IMG/VR virus record: IMGVR_UViG_3300045988_113806
Location: 1-56,035 of that record
From: a virus
Length of the DNA: 56,035 nucleotides
Direction: 5' to 3' (one strand)
The notes beneath the pieces were generated by a model. That model had not been told where the DNA came from. It saw only the letters and a list, made by a program, of their open reading frames with translations, and made no database searches. Shown in pieces: positions 8,212 to 16,778 of this stretch (positions are counted from its first letter, which is position 1; each line of letters starts with the position of its first letter). A program made the translations under genes and the position numbers.

Positions 8212-10474
8212 CGTCCAGTCTCTCCTCCTGCATCACGTCACTGCTGTTTACGTCAATGTTTAGATACTTCTTCAGGGCCTGGATCTTGGCTTCCGGAGGA
8301 ATGTCTTCATAGCTTACGCTGAGTTTCGGTGTGGAAGCCTTGGCCAATTCAAACTGTTCCTTAGCTTGTTCCAGTGCAAGGGCCTGCTGCTGTGCCTGTT
8401 GCTGGGCCTGCTGGGTTTCTGCCTTCCGCTGCTGTGCTTCGGGGCTGTCAGGGTCAAGCAGGTAGGCATTGATATTCCGGATACCCATGCTTTCCAGGAG
8501 CTTCTTAGCCGCTTCATACCAACTGTTTTCGGTTACGACTCCCATCTGCTGAAGCTGCGGGAAAAGCTGGTTAATCATTACCATGAGGTACTGAATCTGT
8601 GCTTCCCTCGTCCCGGCTCCCTGGCCTACATTGATAATCAGGTCATAGTCGATGTTCAAATCGTCCTTGGCAATGGAAATGTTCTGATCCGTCAGCCGGA
8701 ATATCTGCTCATCGTCCATATACTTCTGATTGAGAAGGATAATGTACTTGAACATGGGAACCACGAAGGATTCCGCAAACACCCTGGCAATATGCCTCAT
8801 GTGCTTATCGGCAGCACCCATGATGGACGTAATGCCGGTAGCCGTTTTGTTTAAGCTATTGGAATCCAGCCCTTGATTGTACCGCGTGCTACCGCTCTGG
8901 GACTCAATCTCATTCTGTGCATATTCAATGACCTGCATGGAAAGAGGACTGATAGAAAGCTGCTGCCCCGGCATGATTGCATCCGCGGGGCTGCCATTGG
9001 TGGGGATGATTTCATCGTTATCAATGAGTGCATCCATATCCACCTTGCTCATATCCACAAATGTACGCGGGCTGTTGTTCTTGGCTACGTTTGTAATGAT
9101 CTGCCGGAAAATAGCTGTCTTTAGGTTCTGATGCTGTTCCAGCAGGTCAGAAAAGCCTTCATCTTCGTTGAATACGGTGTTGGGGCTGGGCTCTGCTTCT
9201 GCGATGAAGAAGGGAGCAAATTCCATTTCATTGGTGGAAATCCGGATAGGAGTATCTCCAATAGCATGGACTATCAGGTGTTCATAAATCCCGTCTCCAT
9301 TGAAGTCAACGGACAGATAGCCTTCATATAGTTCAAATAGCTTAGAGGCGTTGTCTCCATCATTGATACGTCCCCCGGTGCTGCTGAGTTCCTTGTTCTT
9401 CAAGAGGTCATAGGTGGTGTACTTGACATCTCCATCAGCCTTTTCCAGGGCCTCATCGATGTTTTCGTAAACGCCTTCCCGCTCTTTCCGTTTAAGGTAA
9501 TCCCCGGTTACCAGTTTCCTTTGTGCCTTAAATTTGGCGTCCTGGAGGTTGGTGGAATCCGGAGTGAACCGCAATTCGGACGGGCTCATATACTGGACTA
9601 CCGGGTAATTGCTCTTAACGATAATTTTATCGAACGTCACAATGGACAGGTCCGGAGCATCCTTGAGTGGCTTAATGGATTGAATCTCCACATGCCCGGC
9701 TTCGGCTTCCTCATTGAGTACAGCCATAATCTGATAATCGTCTGCACCAACGAGAATCTGATAGGTTTCTCTATCTTCTTCCCGCTTCCAGTACACCTTG
9801 GCCACACCATAGTTGATGGACAGGGCCTTTTCCATAATGTCCGCGATAAAAAGCGGGTAGCTGTTCTTTCGCTGGAGTTCATAGGTCAATAGCTGTTGAA
9901 TCTTCTCTGCTGCCGGATCATCGTTTGCACTGACGCCTTTTACGTCTACAGGGTTTTCGCCACCAATAAATGGTTCGCACAGACTAGGCAGCATCCATTT
10001 GACAGCCGTCTGAATGTCCCGGCTACAGAAGTTGGATGTTTCCGACAGGTGCGGAAAAAGCCGCCTGTAGTAGTCCTCCTTGGCCTGATACGCCTGCTCC
10101 CGTTCAATAATTTTCGGTTCAATGGTGCTGGTGTAGTACGCATTGGCATCATTCCGGCAGCGGATGAAAGCCTGCATGATCTTTTCAATCTCGGCTTTTT
10201 TCAGGGTCTTTAGGCTGACTTCCTTCTTCTGGTCCTCGGTGCTGGTAGCAAACATTAGCAGCACATCAAGCGGGCTCGCCTGATGTTGCCCCGGCATGGG
10301 CCCCTGCCCCGGCATCATTTGTCCAGGCATCATTTGTGGTTGCTGAGGGGCTGCGCCTGGGATAGGCTGCTGCCCTCCTGGAGGCATCGTTGGCTGCCCC
10401 TGCTGCATCGGCGGTCCCTGCTGCTGTTGCATGGCTGCCTGGGCCATATTGAGCTGGTCAATAGGGTTTGGCAT
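8090..10474 (-). CDS. portal protein (794 aa) with poly-Gln/Pro N-terminal low-complexity region
   Basis: size and position immediately after TerL; central region TATGITSIMGAADKHMRHIARVFAESFVVPMFKY is portal-like. Confidence 0.7.
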   Translation of the reverse strand: MPNPIDQLNMAQAAMQQQQGPPMQQGQPTMPPGGQQPIPGAAPQQPQMMPGQMMPGQGPMPGQHQASPLDVLLMFATSTEDQKKEVSLKTLKKAEIEKIMQAFIRCRNDANAYYTSTIEPKIIEREQAYQAKEDYYRRLFPHLSETSNFCSRDIQTAVKWMLPSLCEPFIGGENPVDVKGVSANDDPAAEKIQQLLTYELQRKNSYPLFIADIMEKALSINYGVAKVYWKREEDRETYQILVGADDYQIMAVLNEEAEAGHVEIQSIKPLKDAPDLSIVTFDKIIVKSNYPVVQYMSPSELRFTPDSTNLQDAKFKAQRKLVTGDYLKRKEREGVYENIDEALEKADGDVKYTTYDLLKNKELSSTGGRINDGDNASKLFELYEGYLSVDFNGDGIYEHLIVHAIGDTPIRISTNEMEFAPFFIAEAEPSPNTVFNEDEGFSDLLEQHQNLKTAIFRQIITNVAKNNSPRTFVDMSKVDMDALIDNDEIIPTNGSPADAIMPGQQLSISPLSMQVIEYAQNEIESQSGSTRYNQGLDSNSLNKTATGITSIMGAADKHMRHIARVFAESFVVPMFKYIILLNQKYMDDEQIFRLTDQNISIAKDDLNIDYDLIINVGQGAGTREAQIQYLMVMINQLFPQLQQMGVVTENSWYEAAKKLLESMGIRNINAYLLDPDSPEAQQRKAETQQAQQQAQQQALALEQAKEQFELAKASTPKLSVSYEDIPPEAKIQALKKYLNIDVNSSDVMQEERLDDARYISRWGKKNPFDAGGGLDETKQPAATGQGVQQQNQRS

Positions 10475-10489
10475 CGTTCAACCGCCTCC

Positions 10490-10807
10490 TTATACCGTCA
10501 GCTCACTAATGGTAACGGTGGCGCTTGCTACCGCCACCAGGTACACCGCTTTTTCGTCTGCATAGCCGCACAGAGGAAAAACCGCGGTATCCCCGGCTTT
10601 GATGGGAATCCCGGTGGAAGTGGTAACATCGTCACCACCCCAGAATACATCAGCCATACCGGAGTTATAGACTACCAGCACCGCCCGTCCCTGCTGCTGA
10701 TGAGAAATGAATTCGGGGCTGGCTGCTGCGGTTGCCTTGGTGCCTACGGTCAGGGTGCTGTTTTTCGCACGGGAAAATGCGTAAGGAATCGTCATGGTTT
10801 GGATCAC
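10490..10807 (-). CDS. hypothetical protein (105 aa) between TerL and portal
   Basis: ORF track. Confidence 0.45.
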   Translation of the reverse strand: MIQTMTIPYAFSRAKNSTLTVGTKATAAASPEFISHQQQGRAVLVVYNSGMADVFWGGDDVTTSTGIPIKAGDTAVFPLCGYADEKAVYLVAVASATVTISELTV

Positions 10808-10813
10808 TCTCCT

Positions 10814-12304
10814 TTACATGGAACCGAACTTCCGGATTCTGCCGGATTTTCGGAGGGAATTGAAACGGGTAAACTGCCCCGTTGACACAGGTGCCGCAAA
10901 GGTCAGCGCCAGTGCGTCACCGTAGTTTGGGGATTGAAGTCCCCTTTCCTTCATATCTTTCTTGCTCTCTAATTGAAATCTGCCGGAATTGTTGATGAAG
11001 GCTTCCGGCCCGATTAGGTCATTGTAGATGTCTTGGCTCTCGATGGCGCCGCCCTCATGCACCCATTGTTTGAGCTTGCTCCACATCTCAGCCCTTTTAT
11101 TGAGGTAATAGGTGTCGTCCGGCTTTTCGGCAAAAGAAACCAGCGTGAACCGGTCTCCCCATCCCAGATGCTTGATGCAGCTATAGATGCCGGTGCCGTA
11201 TCCCATATCTATGAAGCCGTGGGCCATGTTGTGCTCCTGGGCCAGGGCTACAATCTTTCCGGCCGTCCGGAAATCATCATCATTCTTTGGCATCGTAAAA
11301 AGCACCTTGCTGTAGTTGCCTTGTCTCATTGAACACACTAGTAGGTCATCGCCCTCCCATGCCGGGTCAATCCCGAAAATAACTGGAAGGTCCTTGAAGG
11401 CTTCCGGATCCATGGCCTTGTACCGGTCCAGCGCTCCCTGGGCGTCCTCAACAGAAATAAGCTGTGCATCGCCCATCTGCGGGAATTGGCCTTTCACGCG
11501 GACGCGGATAATATCGGTATCCTCTCCATACTGCTCAATCCACCGCTGTAGCTGAGCTTTATTGGAAATGGCTACATCCCGGCTGTCAATCTGCCGGGTA
11601 TGCCAGATGCTCCGGAACTTGTGGAAGCAATCATAAAACCGCCCGCTGTTCCGGGTGGGGTTCCCGAAGGCCGTCCATATGATTTCGGTCTTGGAGTCGG
11701 TCAGTGCCCCTTCAACGACTTCCCAGATGGCCGAATCTATGGCTGAGGCTTCATCAAATATGACCAGGATGCGTTTTCCCTGGTTGTGCAGCCCTGCAAA
11801 CGCTTCGGGGTTTTGGGCTGACCATGGCAGCGCGTCCATACGCCAGGTCTTTTCGTGCTCCGGGTCCACGCTAAAGAATGAAGTCGCCGTGTACGTGAAC
11901 AGGGGCCTAGTAATGGATAGTCGGTGCCACTTGGCCAGCTCCGGCCAGGTCTTAGAAAGGAGCTGGTTCTGCGTATTGGCCGTCACAACGCCCTTGCAGT
12001 CCTCGAACGTGCTCATAGCCCAGATTATCAGCCAGCACACCAGCGCCGACTTGCCTATGCCGTGCCCGGATGCTACAGCCTCCTGGATCACCTGCTGCGG
12101 GCTCCGGAGTCCCCGGCCAACATCCTCCAATAAGGAAAGCTGCCAGGGGTCCGGCTGCTGATCTGCCAGGGATCCAGGCTCTCCCCACGGGAAAGCCGCC
12201 CAGACAAAGCCTACAGGATCATGGGTAAAACCGGCAGCAAACTCCGCTAGCTGGCTCATCTGCTGCGGGCTGAGTGACTCACCGCTACCTTTGGAAGCTC
12301 TCAC
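10814..12304 (-). CDS. terL: terminase large subunit
   Basis: Walker A ASGHGIGKSAL; Walker B ILVIFDEAS; 496 aa; overlaps the upstream small-subunit gene. Confidence 0.9.
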   Translation of the reverse strand: MRASKGSGESLSPQQMSQLAEFAAGFTHDPVGFVWAAFPWGEPGSLADQQPDPWQLSLLEDVGRGLRSPQQVIQEAVASGHGIGKSALVCWLIIWAMSTFEDCKGVVTANTQNQLLSKTWPELAKWHRLSITRPLFTYTATSFFSVDPEHEKTWRMDALPWSAQNPEAFAGLHNQGKRILVIFDEASAIDSAIWEVVEGALTDSKTEIIWTAFGNPTRNSGRFYDCFHKFRSIWHTRQIDSRDVAISNKAQLQRWIEQYGEDTDIIRVRVKGQFPQMGDAQLISVEDAQGALDRYKAMDPEAFKDLPVIFGIDPAWEGDDLLVCSMRQGNYSKVLFTMPKNDDDFRTAGKIVALAQEHNMAHGFIDMGYGTGIYSCIKHLGWGDRFTLVSFAEKPDDTYYLNKRAEMWSKLKQWVHEGGAIESQDIYNDLIGPEAFINNSGRFQLESKKDMKERGLQSPNYGDALALTFAAPVSTGQFTRFNSLRKSGRIRKFGSM

Positions 12305-12837
12305 GGTGCATCACGCTCCCCCTTGGCTACCCGTCTTCGTGCCCTGCTGAGGGCATCGGCAAAGCTGGTGTCGGCTTTAACCTCAATAGAATTGGTTAAG
12401 AGTTTCTGAATCTTGGCCAGGGTCTCCCCGGCCTTGAGTCGGTCAGCTAATGCCGGGTCCAGGCCGAACTGGTCCTGAATCTGTCCTCTCATAGCATTGG
12501 AGAAAAATCCAATTATCTCGGCAGTGTCGGCTGCATCCGGATTAATCCCCAGTCCATACTGGACGCCTTTCATGAAATAGTGGCCAATATCGGTAGCCAG
12601 GAACTGTTCCTGGAGCTTCTTGGCGCTCCGGCTGTCCTCTCTATCATAATGATCCTCGTCAATCTGATATGCCGTCCGATATGCCTTGGTCAGGTTCCTG
12701 GGGAGAATGGACAGCGCCAGGAATTTGAAGTCAGCGTCACTTTGAGGCGGCTGCGGCTGCTTGCCGTTTCTTCCATTCTTCTTTTCGTCTGTGTTCTTCT
12801 TGCTGGATGAAATCATCTGCATCACCTCCCGCCTCAA
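12301..12837 (-). CDS. terS: putative terminase small subunit
   Basis: 178 aa; 4-nt overlap with terL; charged N-terminus; position. Confidence 0.55.
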   Translation of the reverse strand: MRREVMQMISSSKKNTDEKKNGRNGKQPQPPQSDADFKFLALSILPRNLTKAYRTAYQIDEDHYDREDSRSAKKLQEQFLATDIGHYFMKGVQYGLGINPDAADTAEIIGFFSNAMRGQIQDQFGLDPALADRLKAGETLAKIQKLLTNSIEVKADTSFADALSRARRRVAKGERDAP

Positions 12838-13066
12838 TGAATTTCCAAAACTCTACCAGTTTCAACAGCACTTGGATTTCCTTCGTTCCCCGGTACAGGT
12901 TTACCTTGCTTCCGGTGGGAGGATAGTAAAGGTCCAGGGATCGCACCTTGATAACGCAGTCATTCTGCGTGCTCCAGCACTGCCGGACGGAATACAGCAC
13001 AATGATGTGGTGCTTGTATCTCAGCCCCTTGCACAGCTTGGAGATTGTCTGCCGTATGCTTTTCAC
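12737..13066 (-). CDS. hypothetical protein (109 aa, GTG start); first gene of the late operon; overlaps terS by 100 nt
   Basis: ORF track; GTG at 13066 preceded by GGAGGA. Confidence 0.35.
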   Translation of the reverse strand: MKSIRQTISKLCKGLRYKHHIIVLYSVRQCWSTQNDCVIKVRSLDLYYPPTGSKVNLYRGTKEIQVLLKLVEFWKFIEAGGDADDFIQQEEHRRKEEWKKRQAAAAASK

Positions 13067-13090
13067 CCTATCACCTGCCCTTCCTCCAAA

Positions 13091-13140
13091 AGAAAACCGC
13101 TCAGAACGGCGCGTAGAATCGTTTCTGAGCGGTTTTTTAT
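13091..13140. terminator. bidirectional rho-independent terminator
   Basis: AAAACCGCTCAGAAcggcgcgtagaatcgTTTCTGAGCGGTTTTTT: 11-bp perfect stem, A-run on one side and T-run on the other. Confidence 0.8.
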
Positions 13141-13161
13141 TGTCTGCCTTATAGTCTATAC

Positions 13162-13755
13162 CTACGAATTGAAGCCAGGAACGTCGATTTCCTGCTCCTC
13201 TTCATCATCTTCCGGATCCCGATGCTCCTCCGCGAATTTGCGTTTTACCCATTCCGGAAGGACGGGGTCTAACTGGTCCTGAAACAGTGTGTATAGCTGA
13301 TAGCTCAGCCATTTGCCCCGGATGTAGTAAAGCGGATTGAAGTAGTAGGACACCACCTTGCTGTGTCCGACTTCAATTCTGCCCCTGGCCATGACTCCAG
13401 CGCGGATCATTTTGGCTACGAAGGTCGAAGCGTAGGTATACGGCATATTGAGATATTCCGCGATATGCTCCACGTTCATACTCTTGTTGGTGTGATCGCT
13501 TCGGTAAACCAGTCTGTTAGTCCCGTTTTCCAGCCTATCAATGAGCAGGTACAAACGGTACGCGTCTTTTGCTGAAACTTCCGGTGGCAGCTTTGCTCCG
13601 GTGAACACACGGACGTAATGCGCCTGGGGACGGAAAAGGTACCCCTGCTTTCTCCGGAAATTCTGGAACCACTTCTTCCGGCTTCCGGATGCAATCACTT
13701 CCCCAGTAGCCTGGTCAATCTCCCGAACTTCCAGGATGCTTTCTCTTTTTCCCAT
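13162..13755 (-). CDS. winged-helix DNA-binding protein (197 aa); putative transcriptional regulator or initiator-like protein, acidic C-terminal tail
   Basis: HTNKSMNVEHIAEYLNMPYTYASTFVAKMIRAGVMAR reads as an HTH; divergent from the plus-strand island; followed by the bidirectional terminator. Confidence 0.45.
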   Translation of the reverse strand: MGKRESILEVREIDQATGEVIASGSRKKWFQNFRRKQGYLFRPQAHYVRVFTGAKLPPEVSAKDAYRLYLLIDRLENGTNRLVYRSDHTNKSMNVEHIAEYLNMPYTYASTFVAKMIRAGVMARGRIEVGHSKVVSYYFNPLYYIRGKWLSYQLYTLFQDQLDPVLPEWVKRKFAEEHRDPEDDEEEQEIDVPGFNS

Positions 13756-13784
13756 CTTTTATGTTCACCTCCCTCCCATCCGGA

Positions 13785-13837
13785 GGTTTAAAGAAACTTT
13801 GAACCTTTTGGCTTTTTGGTTCAAAGTTTCTTTAAAC
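13785..13837. promoter_or_regulatory. 20-bp perfect inverted repeat (GGTTTAAAGAAACTTTGAACC / GGTTCAAAGTTTCTTTAAAC) with 13-nt loop and trailing T-run; operator or terminator-like element in the divergent control region
   Basis: read directly. Confidence 0.6.
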
Positions 13838-14210
13838 TTTTTTCATTGCCTTTGAAGCAAGGCTGCATCAGCTTCCACGGGCTGTTTTTCCGTCTTTTAC
13901 TGGTTGAGAGTCATATACCAATATATAAACGCTCAACCGGAATCCTGCTCAGCTTTGCTTTTTCCCGCCGATAATTCCCGCCTTTCAATCCAAATGATCC
14001 TCGCGAACTAGGGATGCCCAGGCGAAAGGAGGTTTTCACAAAAAAGTCCCAGGCACCCGCGAGGAAAGCACCGGATGGATCATGCTCGGCGACAGCAACG
14101 GTGGTAAAAGAAAAGAGACCTTATAGAGGTCTCAGGAAAGTCGCGTATGCAGTTGAATCCACCCACGGTGCCTAGCTCATTCTAAGCATATATAGAGAGT
14201 CTTGTCAAAT

Positions 14211-14225
14211 CCATTCTAGGAATGG
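14211..14225. promoter_or_regulatory. perfect palindrome CCATTCTAGGAATGG (operator candidate) next to a TTGTCA -35-like hexamer
   Basis: read directly. Confidence 0.4.
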
Positions 14226-14238
14226 CCTGAAAAATAAA

Positions 14239-14285
14239 TTGTAGTCAAAACAGAGATAATTCTTTACACGCCTCCCAATGGGAGG
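14239..14285 (+). promoter_or_regulatory. conserved promoter-plus-hairpin module, copy 1: TTGTAG-N10-GATAAT-N10-CCTCCCAATGGGAGG
   Basis: identical architecture to copy 2 at 15229-15275. Confidence 0.55.
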
Positions 14286-14364
14286 TATTATGTAGGTGTC
14301 AAAATGAAGATATAGTCAACGAAAACAAATAATTTAAAGAAAGGCCTAGAAAGGAGAAAGCATT

Positions 14365-14640
14365 ATGGAAAAGGAAAAAATCATCGACACCATCGAACGG
14401 AATTACAGAGGCAACGCCTACAGGTACTTCGAAGCTCTTTACAGAAGCCACAAAGAAAAATCCGAAGAATGGTGGACACAGGTTGAAATCAGCATCAGGA
14501 TTGTCTGGGAAGTTGGAGAAATCCTCGACAAGATTGGACTGAAGAATCGCAGAAATGAAATCTGGAAAGAAGAAGAAAAGAGCATTAAGGAATACTACAA
14601 AGACTACGATGAAGTCATTCGGCAGCCATTCGACAAATGA
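14365..14640 (+). CDS. hypothetical protein (91 aa), plus-strand island unit 1
   Basis: RBS AAAGGAGAAAG before ATG. Confidence 0.55.
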   Translation: MEKEKIIDTIERNYRGNAYRYFEALYRSHKEKSEEWWTQVEISIRIVWEVGEILDKIGLKNRRNEIWKEEEKSIKEYYKDYDEVIRQPFDK

Positions 14641-14718
14641 AACGGTTCCAGCAGGCATCCATAAAAGCCTGCTTCCATTTGAAAATAATCCACCGCCTAT
14701 CCGAAAGGAGAAAACAAA

Positions 14719-14898
14719 ATGAAAAGAATCGTAAAGTTGAACCAAGGCCATGGTTACAGCAGAGAATACTACCAGCTTGAAAACGGTCAGTATATGCGGC
14801 TCAGCCTGGCCACCGGAAAGTATGGTGTTCAATACACCTACTCTTATTCCCCGGCAGACAAAGAAGAAGTTGAAGCTGCCATAGAATCTGTAAGATGA
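14719..14898 (+). CDS. hypothetical protein (59 aa, MKRIVKLNQGHGYSREYYQLENGQYMRLSLATGKYGVQYTYSYSPADKEEVEAAIESVR)
   Basis: manual translation; RBS AAAGGAGAAAACA 5 nt before the ATG; under 60 aa so absent from the track. Confidence 0.5.
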   Translation: MKRIVKLNQGHGYSREYYQLENGQYMRLSLATGKYGVQYTYSYSPADKEEVEAAIESVR

Positions 14899-14912
14899 AA
14901 GGAGAAAACATC

Positions 14913-15179
14913 ATGAAAATCAAAATCACCGAAACCGGAAAAACCTTCTGCCATGCTCTTGTGAATCTCAACGGATCCTGCATCCTGTTCTGCCTGGATA
15001 AGCTCCCTGGCAGCCAGGTCCTTGAATGTATGGCTTTCAAGTCCAATGCCAAGGCCCAGGTTAAACAGCATGACTGGGGACATGAGCTGTACTGCCACCA
15101 GTTCCCGGCAGGAACTCCCATCACGGAAGAACTGCTGACCATGTGCATCTACCAATACGCGGATCGCCAGCAGGCATGA
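14913..15179 (+). CDS. hypothetical Cys-containing protein (88 aa from the MKIKITETGK start); the track ORF begins at 14895
   Basis: RBS AAAGGAGAAAACA repeated before ATG 14913. Confidence 0.5.
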   Translation: MKIKITETGKTFCHALVNLNGSCILFCLDKLPGSQVLECMAFKSNAKAQVKQHDWGHELYCHQFPAGTPITEELLTMCIYQYADRQQA

Positions 15180-15192
15180 TTCCCTGGTTCCA

Positions 15193-15228
15193 GCCGACTC
15201 CAATCAAAAGTCGGCCTCCAATTTTAAA
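15193..15228 (+). terminator. putative terminator after island unit 1 (GCCGACT/AGTCGGC stem + T-rich run)
   Basis: read directly. Confidence 0.45.
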
Positions 15229-15275
15229 TTGTACACAGATTCTAGATAATTGTTGATTTACCTCCCATTGGGAGG
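15229..15275 (+). promoter_or_regulatory. conserved promoter-plus-hairpin module, copy 2: TTGTAC-N10-GATAAT-N10-CCTCCCATTGGGAGG
   Basis: same spacing as copy 1; the hairpin pairs a CCUCC anti-SD-like arm with a GGGAGG SD-like arm. Confidence 0.55.
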
Positions 15276-15311
15276 TACAATGGTGACAGTAAAGAAAGGG
15301 AGGAAACGACA

Positions 15312-15737
15312 ATGAAGAAATATGAAATCCTGGGTACGGAAAGCCAGCTTGACGGGCTGGATGGTGAAGTGATCCATGTAAAGGTGGACGGCATGCCTCT
15401 GGACATCGCCTATCAGTGCGGCTACACCGCCGACTTTGAACCCTTCCGGATTGATCCTCTTGATGAGTCCGGAGACTATTGGTTCTGGGTGGACACGGGA
15501 GACGGCAGCTTCCAGTACGAAAACGTCCTTCCGGATTGTCTCGATGACGATACCTTCCAGGCAATTGTGGAAGAAGCCATTCCCGATGTGGGCTGGAGTA
15601 AAAACGACTTCTTGACAGCCCTGCATGAAGCCGACATTAATCCCTATGGCCCGGATGAAGTCATTGAAGCAGCCAAGGGGAAATGGTTGAACGGTGAACC
15701 TTTAACCAGCGAAGATGAAGATAAAGAGGAGGAATAA
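15312..15737 (+). CDS. strongly acidic hypothetical protein (141 aa, Asp/Glu-rich)
   Basis: ORF track; preceded by a 10-codon uORF (MVTVKKGRKRQ) whose stop overlaps this ATG. Confidence 0.55.
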   Translation: MKKYEILGTESQLDGLDGEVIHVKVDGMPLDIAYQCGYTADFEPFRIDPLDESGDYWFWVDTGDGSFQYENVLPDCLDDDTFQAIVEEAIPDVGWSKNDFLTALHEADINPYGPDEVIEAAKGKWLNGEPLTSEDEDKEEE

Positions 15738-15740
15738 ATC

Positions 15741-16061
15741 ATGAAAACTATCGCTATTTCCACACGGACCTACAAAACCTGTGGGGATGAATTGCAGGAC
15801 GTTCTGGGCCTGGACATCACCATGGAGGAAGCCGTGAAACGGTGTGTGCATAACTGGAATTGCCTTGTTCAGCAGGACCAGAAAAACACGAAAGATTTCT
15901 ACGTATCCATCGCCCAGATACCGGATACCCCCATTGATCCCGATGATGGTGTTGTCTATGATTACTACGACAAGTCCATCGTTCTCCCGGAAAACTGGGA
16001 GAATGACGCGGAATCAGAGGACGTAGTAAAGGACGGAAAGCTGGTGGCCTTAAATGTCTAG
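15741..16061 (+). CDS. acidic hypothetical protein (106 aa)
   Basis: ORF track. Confidence 0.5.
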   Translation: MKTIAISTRTYKTCGDELQDVLGLDITMEEAVKRCVHNWNCLVQQDQKNTKDFYVSIAQIPDTPIDPDDGVVYDYYDKSIVLPENWENDAESEDVVKDGKLVALNV

Positions 16062-16233
16062 TAAAATTCAGGAGGCCCGCAAGGCAGCCGGCTTAACCCA
16101 GGAAGAAATGGCCGAGAAGCTGGAAATTCCGAAGTCCACTATTGAAAAGTGGGAGATGGGAATCCGGATCCCGCCGCCCTGGGCTGAAAAGCTCATAGTC
16201 GAAAAGCTCCGGAGGATGAAGAAGAGAACGTAA
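16054..16233 (+). CDS. small HTH (XRE-like) DNA-binding protein (59 aa, MSSKIQEARKAAGLTQEEMAEKLEIPKSTIEKWEMGIRIPPPWAEKLIVEKLRRMKKRT)
   Basis: manual translation; canonical HTH ...GLTQEEMAEKLEIPKSTIEKWE...; absent from the track. Confidence 0.55.
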   Translation: MSSKIQEARKAAGLTQEEMAEKLEIPKSTIEKWEMGIRIPPPWAEKLIVEKLRRMKKRT

Positions 16234-16235
16234 AG

Positions 16236-16274
16236 AAAACCCTGGTGGAATTGACCACCAGGGCATTTTTATTT
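16236..16274. terminator. convergent/bidirectional terminator (CCCTGGTGG aattga CCACCAGGG + TTTTTATTT)
   Basis: 9-bp perfect stem read directly. Confidence 0.75.
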
Positions 16275-16772
16275 CGTCAGTTTGAGTCCGTAGGGAGTCG
16301 GTTCTGCCAGTCCTAGCTGCACCGCAAACAAGGCCGCGTAGTAAATGACTTCTTTCCGATATGCGTAGTACACGCCGTGCGTGATATGCAGGTCTGTGCA
16401 GGTCCTTCTCCATAAGTCCCTGTCACAGTACCTGGAGCGGTAGAAGTCCCCAGCCTTGCCTGTACTAGGCAGAAATCTCTGTTCCACCGCCTTCACAACT
16501 TTCAACCACTTCTCCGGATGCCTAAGATGCACCCTTTCCCTGGCTCCGGCGATAAAGGGCCCGAAGGGAACATCAACGGCAGTAACGGGAGACAGCAGCC
16601 GTATAGCCTTGATGGCAGTCGGATCAGATACCCGGCAGTGTCCGCTCCCCATGCCGCCCGTATGCCCCGCGCCTCCAGCACCCATCTTTGCTTCCAGGAC
16701 GGCAGCTTCAATCTGGGCCCGGTACGTGAGGCAAAATTCTATAGTATCTTCGGCCTGGCTCAATGCCACCAC
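16269..16772 (-). CDS. putative RinA/ArpU-like late-gene transcriptional activator (167 aa)
   Basis: last gene of the early operon; C-terminus DFYRSRYCDRDLWRRTCTDLHITHGVYYAYRKEVIYYAAL resembles the RinA-family C-terminal HTH region; weak. Confidence 0.35.
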   Translation of the reverse strand: MVALSQAEDTIEFCLTYRAQIEAAVLEAKMGAGGAGHTGGMGSGHCRVSDPTAIKAIRLLSPVTAVDVPFGPFIAGARERVHLRHPEKWLKVVKAVEQRFLPSTGKAGDFYRSRYCDRDLWRRTCTDLHITHGVYYAYRKEVIYYAALFAVQLGLAEPTPYGLKLTK

Positions 16773-16778
16773 CTCCGT

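Noticed and set aside
14100-14175. tRNA-like T-loop sequence GCAGTTGAATCCACC
   Set aside because: Flanking arms do not pair as a T-stem. The nearby 7-bp hairpin has a 6-nt loop, so no cloverleaf could be drawn.
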